Of a stretch of DNA of 64,000 nucleotides, positions 1 to 8,267 are shown piece by piece. Position numbers and translations under genes: made by a program. Source of the DNA: Yuukianura sp. NJ FZ-2021 (taxonomy: Eukaryota); the NCBI GenBank assembly GCA_046563655.1, contig CM102283.1, positions 4,526,001 to 4,590,000 on the forward strand, given 5' to 3'. Every line of letters starts with the position of its first letter. Position 1 is the first letter of the stretch. The notes beneath the pieces were generated by a model. That model worked only from the letters and a program-made list of their open reading frames with translations, was not told the origin of the DNA and did not search any database.

Positions 1-57
1 ATTACTTAGTTAAATTCTAATTCGAAAAGTGTGCAAATAAAGTGTCCCCACCCTCTG

Positions 58-812
58 TATAAAGAGGTATCCATAGTCTTTGGACATGCAATTTTTGTAC
101 GCATTCTCCATCGTTGTATTTTTCTTTCCGCCATTCATTTGACGCCCCAGGCAAGCGACAAACTGAGAGTCTCGAGGGTTCTTCATTAGAACCAAGTAAT
201 GGCAGTTGGCAGTAATTTCCTTCAAGTTCTTGTGAAAAAGTTTTGCACAAGAATAATGAGTGATACATTGCGGTGGTGAGATGTTCTAGTGAACGCAGTG
301 CCAACTTCGGATTTCTTTCCAACTTCATGCATTAAATCATGCAGCACTACAAGGGACGGTTTATCAGATCCGTCATGCCATTTATCCAGTAGCCCGTGGT
401 GAAACTTTATTTGAGGCATGGCACATTTTAGTTGTGTAAACAACTCTGGCTGTAACTCTGTATAGCAGTATGTAACACGATTGAACTTTTCCCCAGTAGA
501 CGTCAGAATGATCTCGTTCCGACGAAGGATGATTTCCTTAACCAGAGTACTTTTTCCGCTTTGAGTCATCCCGCTGATGCACATCGTAAAAGGAGCACGT
601 AAATGAGCATCAAATGTTGCCCCGGACAACTCGTCCATAAACAGCGACCCTTTGCCATGCTCTTCCGATACATATTCGGCAGGAGTCAAGTGATAAGCAA
701 TGTTGTTGTTAACAGGAATGGGGACTTGCATAGTCTTGCATGTCAATTTGTGACGTTTAAAGTTATCCGACCGTCCAAACTTTTTTGAACAACCTGAACA
801 ACTGTATTCCAT
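58..812 (-). pseudogene. Frameshifted inverted copy of the Polinton-like ZnF-packaging ATPase gene
   Basis: Mirror of 2484-3239. A 1-nt loss in the A-run at 235-239 splits it into ORFs 222..824 and 10..225. The same transposon insertion (1-57) interrupts it. Confidence 0.8.
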
Positions 813-1019
813 TTTTATATTCACTACGGCAAGGTGTTTACGCTCTGTGAATTCGTTGTAACTTTTGTGATTTCCACTCAGCGAGAAGAAGAGAGATTCA
901 AAGAGAATATATCTTGTCCGCTTCTGATCTGTGACTAAATGAATTCTCTATCAGCGTGTAGGACTTATACTCCTCCTCATCTTACTTTTCAGACAGCCGA
1001 AAAGCGTGCTTCTACTCCT

Positions 1020-1452
1020 CACTCCTCTTCCTCCTCCTCTCCTCCTCCTCAAATAGCTCAAGAGCATGCCTATACTCCTCCTCCTCAGATATCTCAAGAG
1101 CATGCCTATACTCCTCCTCCTCAGATAGCTCAAGAGCATGCCTATACTCCTCCTCCTCAGATAGCTCAAGAGCATGCCTATACTCCTCCTCCTCCTCCTC
1201 AGATATCTCAAGAGCATGCCTATACTCCTCCTCCTCCCCTCCTCAGATACCTGAAGAGCATGCCTATACTCCTCCTCCTCCCCTCCTCAGATACCTGAAG
1301 AGCATGCCGATACTCCTCCTCCTCCCATCCTCAGATACTTTAAGAGCATACCTATACTCCTCCTCCTCCCCTCCTCAGATATCTCAAGAGCATGCCTATA
1401 CCCCTCCTCCTCGGCCGAAGAGCTTACCTATACTCCCCCTCCTCCTCCTCAG
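1020..1452 (+). repeat. 33-39-bp pyrimidine-rich minisatellite (TCAAGAGCATGCCTATACTCCTCCTCCTCAGATA(G/T)C), ~10 units
   Basis: Tandem units visible directly, with variable CCT triplet number. Confidence 0.92.
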
Positions 1453-1542
1453 TCCACGCGCATGCCATCACCCATCACCTAACCTAACCTAGCCTAACCT
1501 TATGGCATCCTACTGGAATCATTTTATTTTAGTACACTGTAC

Positions 1543-1691
1543 TTCAATCAACTACACTGGACTTTTCTAAAACTGCTTTGTAATTTCAATAAACTACACT
1601 GCACTTTTCTAAAACTGCTTTGTAATTTCAATCAACTACACCGGACTTTTCTAAACCTGCTTTGTAATTTCAATAAACTATGCTGGACTTT
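1543..1691 (+). repeat. 42-bp tandem repeat (~3.5 copies) at the palindrome centre
   Basis: TTCAAT(C/A)AACTACACTGGACTTTTCTAAAACTGCTTTGTAAT starts at about 1543, 1585, 1627 and 1669 (last copy partial). Confidence 0.9.
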
Positions 1692-1842
1692 ACTTAGTTT
1701 AGTTTTACTTACTTTACTTTAGTTTTAGAAAAGTCCAGTGTAGTTGATTGAAGTACAGTGTACTAAAATAAAATGATTCCAGTAGGATGCCATAAGGTTA
1801 GGCTAGGTTAGGTTAGGTGGTGGGTGATGGCATGCGCGTGGA

Positions 1843-2276
1843 CTGAGGAGGAGGGGGGGGGAGTAAAGGTAAGCTCTTCGGCCGAGGAGGAGGGGTATAG
1901 GCATGCTCTTGAGATATCTGAGGAGGGGAGGAGGAGGAGTATAGGTATGCTCTTAAGGTATCTGAGGATGGGAGGAGGAGGAGTATCGGCATGCTCTTCA
2001 GGTATCTGAGGAGGGGAGGAGGAGGAGTATAGGCATGCTCTTCAGGTATCTGAGGAGGGGAGGAGGAGGAGTATAGGCATGCTCTTGAGATATCTGAGGA
2101 GGAGGAGGAGGAGTATAGGCATGCTCTTGAGCTATCTGAGGAGGAGGAGCATAGGCATGCTCTTGAGCTATCTGAGGAGGAGGAGTATAGGCATGCTCTT
2201 GAGATATCTGAGGAGGAGGAGTATAGGCATGCTCTTGAGCTATTTGAGGAGGAGGAGAGGAGGAGGAAGAGGAGTG
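1843..2276 (-). repeat. Inverted copy of the 33-39-bp minisatellite
   Basis: Reverse complement of 1020-1452. Confidence 0.92.
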
Positions 2277-2483
2277 AGGAGTAGAAGCACGCTTTTCGGC
2301 TGTCTGAAAAGTAAGATGAGGAGGAGTATAAGTCCTACACGCTGATAGAGAATTCATTTAGTCACAGATCAGAAGCGGACAAGATATATTCTCTTTGAAT
2401 CTCTCTTCTTCTCGCTGAGTGGAAATCACAAAAGTTACAACAAATTCACAGAGCGTAAACACCTTGCCGTAGTGAATATAAAA

Positions 2484-3239
2484 ATGGAATACAGTTGTTC
2501 AGGTTGTTCAAAAAAGTTTGGACGGTCGGATAACTTTAAACGTCACAAATTGACATGCAAGACTATGCAAGTCCCCATTCCTGTTAACAACAACATTGCT
2601 TATCACTTGACTCCTGCCGAATATGTATCGGAAGAGCATGGCAAAGGGTCGCTGTTTATGGACGAGTTGTCCGGGGCAACATTTGATGCTCATTTACGTG
2701 CTCCTTTTACGATGTGCATCAGCGGGATGACTCAAAGCGGAAAAAGTACTCTGGTTAAGGAAATCATCCTTCGTCGGAACGAGATCATTCTGACGTCTAC
2801 TGGGGAAAAGTTCAATCGTGTTACATACTGCTATACAGAGTTACAGCCAGAGTTGTTTACACAACTAAAATGTGCCATGCCTCAAATAAAGTTTCACCAC
2901 GGGCTACTGGATAAATGGCATGACGGATCTGATAAACCGTCCCTTGTAGTGCTGCATGATTTAATGCATGAAGTTGGAAAGAAATCCGAAGTTGGCACTG
3001 CGTTCACTAGAACATCTCACCACCGCAATGTATCACTCATTATTCTTGTGCAAAACTTTTTTCACAAGAACTTGAAGGAAATTACTGCCAACTGCCATTA
3101 CTTGGTTCTAATGAAGAACCCTCGAGACTCTCAGTTTGTCGCTTGCCTGGGGCGTCAAATGAATGGCGGAAAGAAAAATACAACGATGGAGAATGCGTAC
3201 AAAAATTGCATGTCCAAAGACTATGGATACCTCTTTATA
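2484..3239 (+). pseudogene. Polinton/Maverick-type A32/FtsK-like DNA packaging ATPase with N-terminal zinc finger; 5' part, interrupted by an insertion
   Basis: First ATG at 2484. CxxC...HxxxC finger (CSGCSKKFGRSDNFKRHKLTC); Walker A GMTQSGKS; altered Walker B LVVLHDLM; family-type motifs FTRTSHHRNVSLIILVQN, HYLVLMKNPRD and YGYLFI. The ORF-track tail QRVGTL... is read-through into the insertion. Confidence 0.85.
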
Positions 3240-3974
3240 CAGAGGGTGGGGACACTTTATTTGCACACTTTTCGAATTAGAATTTAACTAAGTAATTGTC
3301 GCCGATGGATTTGGGTTTTAACATCAACATGTAGCCCATTGATCGTAGTAACCAACCGCAACCTCATTTTCCACTTAACGAACACCCTTGTGACCTTTTC
3401 CGGGGTCACACGATTACTCTCTTCATTTAAAAGTTTCCAGACGCCTTCGACGGTCCTCGGTCGACCTCGGAACAGGCGCTGTTTCAGTGTCCCAAACCCG
3501 TAAAAGTCCATGGGGCTGATGGCAGGGCCTTTGACAGGCATGTGGGCTGTTCGAGTTCTACGCGAACTCGGTGGTAATTAGGAAAAACTTGAAGTTGAAA
3601 TCAAGCCAGGTGAAAACAACAAGATGAGATTGGATTTTTTGGGGCTTTCACCCTTTTTATTAAAAAAGAAAGAAATGACGGAGCCTAATGTTTCGATTTA
3701 GTATTGGAGGTGGAATCAGAATCTTACAACTTATTTGGAAGTTTACTCAAAGAGAGCTAGAAACTGACTAAAGTTGGTGGGGCAGGAGAGTCTTGACATG
3801 GGCTGCTGAGTGACCTTGGTCACTCGTCAGTCCATGAACACAAAATGCCTCACCTTGTGCCATGGATCATGTCACAAGGCATGACATTAAGACAGGCTTG
3901 GAGCCTGTAAGACTCGAGAAAGAAAGAATTTTAATTTAATTAGTGGAGGGGTTGACCAAGGTCAAGCGGCTATA
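3240..3974 (-). mobile_element. 735-bp insertion containing a Tc1/mariner remnant, flanked by TATA (3236-3239, 3971-3974)
   Basis: Begins TA|CAGAGGGTGGGG, a Tc1/mariner-like terminus, and contains a transposase C-terminal fragment. Removing it rejoins the ATPase in frame. No matching TIR is visible at the right end. Confidence 0.8.
3284..3541 (-). pseudogene. Tc1/mariner-superfamily transposase, C-terminal fragment
   Basis: PAISPMDFYGFGTLKQRL...EE...WKMRLRLV...NGLHVD resembles the SPDLSPxD..W..LK...EEW...RL..V...GxH pattern after the last catalytic residue. Confidence 0.75.
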
Positions 3975-4877
3975 GATTTAACACAGCGTCAGAATGATTT
4001 GTTTCGCATTAGAGACAACATTTTTCCTGAAAAGTGTAACGTTTATGTTAAAGACAAACCATGCCCTTACAGGGTGATGGAGGAAGCAGCATATGACAAA
4101 TTGACTTCGAATACGTCACAGGTTAAATCTGTGTGGATGCCACCAATGGAACAGAAAACGGAAACAATTCCTTTTGAAACATTTGCGAGTGACACAAAAA
4201 GAAATTTGATAAAACGAGAAGTAACTAGACTGAATGATCAGTTCGACAACGGAAAGACATCAGTTGAACTTCAAAACCATATGCTACATGCTCTAATTCG
4301 TCAATTCCAGAATCGACGAAACGTGGAACAGCAAAAGTCAGTTGATTCGAAGGACATAAAGACATTGGAAGTTGAGGCAAAAGGCGTAGAAGAACACAAG
4401 CCCACGGAGTTGCTAAAACCGATTCTGGAGCAAAACCAGTTCAATTTTTCAAACTTTCCAAAACAAGGACAAAACCTTCTTCAGCTTTTTCTGAATAATG
4501 GAGCCATTTTACAAGGGGAAACTGTTGTTTTTGGCAGTGAACAAATGCAGCGCTGTGACTTTGAAGACGGAATTCGTGTTATTAGTGATGGTAGACGCAG
4601 GCTAAACGGTTCATTGATTTCGGGGATGATTCAGTTTATGAAATCCCGAAAATTGCCAACACATGAGTTACCTGAATCAAGACAATACCTATTTCAGCCG
4701 TCTCAAGGAGTGAACCATAGAAAGAAAAGACGAATTGTGGAGGATTCCAGCACTAGCGAAGGAGAAGAAGAAACCCCCAGTGTGAGTGATGGTGAAGAAG
4801 AAGATGAAAATGAGAACGAGTCTAGTGTGGATGACACCTTTCTGGAAGAGTGGAAGGCTCCGGCCAGTTGGAAATAA
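3975..4877 (+). pseudogene. 3' part of the split gene: ATPase C-terminus fused in frame to a ~275-aa unknown region with a basic NLS-like patch and acidic tail
   Basis: Reads DLTQRQNDLFRIRDNIFPEKCNVY from 3975, matching the usual ATPase ending (IDL...LRxRxNIFP.E...VY). It is in the same frame as 2484-3239. Ends ...HRKKRR...EGEEE...WKAPASWK. Confidence 0.75.
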
Positions 4878-5059
4878 ATTTCAACAACAAAAAATTACAA
4901 TTTTATACAACATTGATTTATTATTTGGTGTTTAAATCTTGTTTAAATTTACAATATGAATCCAATAAATGAATTTTCAATGTGACAAATAATTTAAAAT
5001 CCTGGATTTTATTCAAGTGTAAAAGTGTAATACTAAACCATTAAATAACAGAAATTCAG

Positions 5060-5926
5060 CTAACAAAAAATGTCATATGCAGAATGATCTCGTTCACTAT
5101 GATGAACAATCATGTGGACGGCTTGAGAGGAATATGGCGCTAATCGGTAATTTTCGATGTTGGCAAGTTGAGCATCTCCAAAATCTCCTTCTGAAACAAT
5201 CCTTGATTTGTTAATACGTTCTTGTTGGTCTTTGGTAACGTCCGTTATGTGCATCCGATAGCGTGGCTTCAGAGTATCATCAACTGTTGGACAGCAGCAA
5301 TTAAATCGCTGAAAAATACTTCGTTTTTCACTTTTGTACGGATGAATTTTCTTGTCTGGCTGTATCCCTACGACTTTCCCAATTTTGCTTTTAATTCTGT
5401 TCGCACAAGTGTTGAGGCCTTCCTTGCGCAGCTTATTGAGGAAAACACGCTTAGTTTCATGAATAAGCTCGTCCAGATTCCTTTCCGGATAAGAAGTAGG
5501 AAAGCAACCACACTTTAGAAGCGATTCCACCAGAAGAGGAATATCACTGATGTTCACTGTGAGAGGACCACCGCTTCTAATAAGAAACACTTGGTCTGAT
5601 TCGTTTTTAATGCAGTGGATTGGAAAAAGTGGCGTATCGAGCTTTTCTTTCATTATTTGGATTTCCGATGGTGGTCTTTCTAGAACTCGGAATAACTTCA
5701 GGAATCCATTCTTGCGGTTCCTTGCCATGATTCTTTCAAAATGTGGAAGATCCTCCATCATTCTCCCAGCTTCGATGTATGCTTTAACCAGCTTTTCGAC
5801 CACGGTCGGGAGTTCCTCTGCTGCTAGCAGAATTGAGTGTTCAGCAATCTTCACTGCAATGACATCCTCCATGTCACTAAAAGGCGTTAAAACTTCCATA
5901 TAAGGTCGAAACCCTTCCACGGTCAT
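5060..5926 (-). CDS. Hypothetical protein, 288 aa, convergent with the ATPase gene; probably part of the Polinton-like element
   Basis: Long intact ORF with an ATG start. The AT-rich gap at 4878-5059 has AATAAA signals on both strands. No motif recognised. Confidence 0.6.
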   Translation of the reverse strand: MTVEGFRPYMEVLTPFSDMEDVIAVKIAEHSILLAAEELPTVVEKLVKAYIEAGRMMEDLPHFERIMARNRKNGFLKLFRVLERPPSEIQIMKEKLDTPLFPIHCIKNESDQVFLIRSGGPLTVNISDIPLLVESLLKCGCFPTSYPERNLDELIHETKRVFLNKLRKEGLNTCANRIKSKIGKVVGIQPDKKIHPYKSEKRSIFQRFNCCCPTVDDTLKPRYRMHITDVTKDQQERINKSRIVSEGDFGDAQLANIENYRLAPYSSQAVHMIVHHSERDHSAYDIFC

Positions 5927-6150
5927 GGTTGCAGATTGAGACTGGTTTCAGAACTGATGATTGCTAGTCTCAAAACTCGCTGTTTAAGTACTACTTGGAC
6001 AACGTTTGAAATGCTATTTTGAAATTTTTCAAAAACGTTTTTTTCTAAAGAAATGTTATTTTGAGAACTTTTCAAGAAAAAACGTTTTTCTTGAGAAAAG
6101 ATATTTTTCCAAGAACTCAATCCTTAACTAAAAATAAATAAAAAAATAAT

Positions 6151-6281
6151 AACATTGACCCCAGTCTTGTATCTAAGTACTTGTAACTTCTTAACCACAA
6201 GCGTTGACCCGTGTGGTATTCGAACCAGCGGTCGTAGAGAAGTAGTTACAAGCACTTAGACACTAGGCTAGAGTCAATGTT
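6151..6281. repeat. Imperfect inverted repeat with 38-bp arms (MITE-like or hairpin)
   Basis: AACATTGACCCCAGTCTTGTATCTAAGTACTTGTAACT (6151-6188) vs the reverse complement of 6244-6281, with 6 mismatches. Confidence 0.75.
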
Positions 6282-6311
6282 CGAATTTTCTATACAAAAA
6301 TTTCACTACTT

Positions 6312-6415
6312 GTTTTTTGTTGTCGACTTTTTTGTTATCGACATTTTTGTTTTCGATCTTTTTTGTCGACATTTTTGTTGTCGACTTTTTTGTTGACGAC
6401 ATTTTTTGTTGTTGT
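6312..6415 (+). repeat. Degenerate ~15-bp tandem repeat (TTTTTGTTGTCGACW), ~7 units
   Basis: Seen directly in the sequence. Confidence 0.85.
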
Positions 6416-6419
6416 GAGT

Positions 6420-6506
6420 TTTTTCCCTCCCCAATATTGCGGCCGACTAACCCCCGTGGCTGTTCTAAAAATAGGAGTATGCGGTTGTCCTACCCAGCTA
6501 TCTACT
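6420..6506. mobile_element. Putative Polinton-like terminus abutting the satellite
   Basis: Non-satellite sequence ends ...CAGCTATCTACT (reverse strand 5'-AGTAGATAGCTGGG), which resembles Polinton AGTAG-type ends. The satellite starts sharply mid-monomer at ACAGAC. Confidence 0.45.
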
Positions 6507-7686
6507 ACAGACACATCTCATTCCATTCTAACGCTATTATACAATGGTGTTTGATATGTCGCCTTTTAGTTTAGGAACAGTTTCGCCTGTGTTTTAAGTT
6601 GAAATAAGATATGCTTTGGAACAGCTATTTTATTAAAACCCGCTCGCATTTGGACAAAGAGTAAAGCGGATTTTTTTCCAAAATTTCTGAGTGCGACCAC
6701 TAGATTCTAAGGCTATACAGACACATCTCATTCCATTCTAACGCTATTATACAATGGTGTTTGATATGCCGCCTTTTAGTTTCAGAACAGTTTCGCCTGT
6801 GTTTTAAGTTGAAATTAGATATGCTTTGGAACAGCTATTTTATTAAAACCCGCTCGCATTTGGACAAAGAGTAAAGCGGATTTTTTCCAAAGTTTCTGAG
6901 TGCGACCACTAGATTCTAAGGCTATACAGACACATCTCATTCCATTCTAACGCTATTATACAATGGTGTTTGATATGCCGCCTTTTAGTTTCAGAACAGT
7001 TTCGCCTGTGTTTTAAGTTGAAATTAGATATGCTTTGGAACAGCTATTTTATTAAAACCCGCTCGCATTTGGACAAAGAGTAAAGCGGATTTTTTTCCAA
7101 AGTTTCTGAGTGCGACCACTAGATTCTAAGGCTATACAGACACATCTCATTCCATTCTAACGCTATTATACAATGGTGTTTGATATGCCGCCTTTTAGTT
7201 TCAGAACAGTTTCGCCTGTGTTTTAAGTTGAAATTAGATATGCTTTGCAACAGCTATTTTATTAAAACCCGCTTGCATTTGGACAACGAGTAAAGCGGAT
7301 TTTTTTTTCAAAATTTCTGAGTGCGACCACTAAATTCTAAGGCTATACAGACACATCTAATTTCATTCTAACGGTATTGTACAATGGTGTTTGATATGCC
7401 GCCTTCTATTTTAGGAATAGTTTCGCTTGTGTTTTAAGTTGAAATTAGATATGCTTTGCAACAGCTATTTTATTAAAACCCGCTTGCATTTGGACAAAGA
7501 GTAAAGCGGATTTTTTTTCCAAAATTTCTGAGTGCGACCACTAAATTCTAACGCTATACAGACACATCTAAGTCCATTCTAACGGTATTGTACAATGGTG
7601 TTTGATATGCCGCCTTCTATTTTAGGAATAGTTTCGCTTGTGTTTTAAGTTGAAATTAGATATGCTTTGGAACAGCTATTTTATTA

Positions 7687-8267
7687 CAGTTTCGACAGTC
7701 ACAACTCAGTCAACGACATAATCTTCAGAGCATTACAAACCGCTGGATTTCCTTCAATTAAAGAACCTGTCGGCTGCAGCAGGTCCGATGGCAAACGGCA
7801 AGATGGTGTTACTCTCATTCCTTGGAGCTCAGGACGCTGCCTCTGCTGGGACTTTACCTGCCGTGACACTTATGCAAATTCCTACCTTTCGGCATCGTCT
7901 TCCCGCTATGGTCATGCAGCCGAATTAGCAGAGACACACAAACATCATCTCTATCGTGACCTAGAATCTCGCTTCGTCGTATCCATCATTGCCGTCGAGA
8001 CATCAGGTGTATTCGGATCCGAAGGTCTTCGTCTACTAAAACAAATCGGACATCGGCTGTCAGAAGCATCTGGAGATAAACGAGCCACGACCTTCTTCCT
8101 ACAACGAATAAGCCTAGCTGTTCAACGCGGAAACTCCTGCTCAATCTTGGGATCCTTACCCTCAGGAAAAGATCTTTACGAGTTATTCATATTATAATCT
8201 AACTTAAATTCTACTTCTTTTCTCAACCTGCCTTTGGCAGGTGACTGTGAAACTACAATAAACCTAT
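7687..8267 (+). mobile_element. 5'-truncated CRE-like non-LTR retrotransposon (restriction-like endonuclease domain + 3' UTR)
   Basis: HNSVNDII.RAL...EP.G..RSDGKRQDG.TL.PW...WDFTC.DT...AE..K...Y...AVETSG...QRISLAVQRGN is typical of the C-terminal RLE (PD-D/ExK) region of CRE-clade elements. Stop at 8197, stem-loop ACCTGCC-TTT-GGCAGGT at 8226-8242, AATAAA near 8257. The ORF-track start is borrowed from satellite sequence. Confidence 0.82.

Larger units (their letters stand above)
1..3296. repeat. Large inverted repeat (palindrome): arms 1-1574 and 1721-3296, 146-bp spacer; may extend left of the window
   Basis: Bases 1-60 are the reverse complement of 3237-3296, and the ORF track is mirrored (222..824- vs 2472..3287+; 939..1298+ vs 1998..2357-). 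By eye there are about 7-8 differences between the arms, e.g. A5 at 235-239 vs T6 at 3057-3062 and C854 vs A2442. Confidence 0.97.

Noticed and set aside
1478-1499. True telomere (TTAGG)n
   Set aside because: Only about four imperfect units, internal to the sequence.
939-2357. Pro-rich (extensin-like) and Arg-rich repeat ORFs
   Set aside because: They are translations of a minisatellite on both strands and in several frames, with frame breaks; no independent coding evidence.
3800-3832. Possible hammerhead ribozyme on the minus strand (CTGACGA followed by a stem-loop)
   Set aside because: The required GAAA core after stem II is absent.
3240-3974. Spliceosomal intron explaining the split ATPase
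   Set aside because: The boundaries are not GT...AG; the TATA duplication and transposase remnant point to a transposon insertion.
5222-5903. Plus-strand ORFs 5222..5518 and 5550..5903
   Set aside because: Antisense shadows of the longer 5060..5926 ORF.
5923-6574. ORFs 5923..6120, 6317..6574 and 6363..6554
   Set aside because: Short, with non-ATG starts, and derived from low-complexity, tandem-repeat or satellite sequence.
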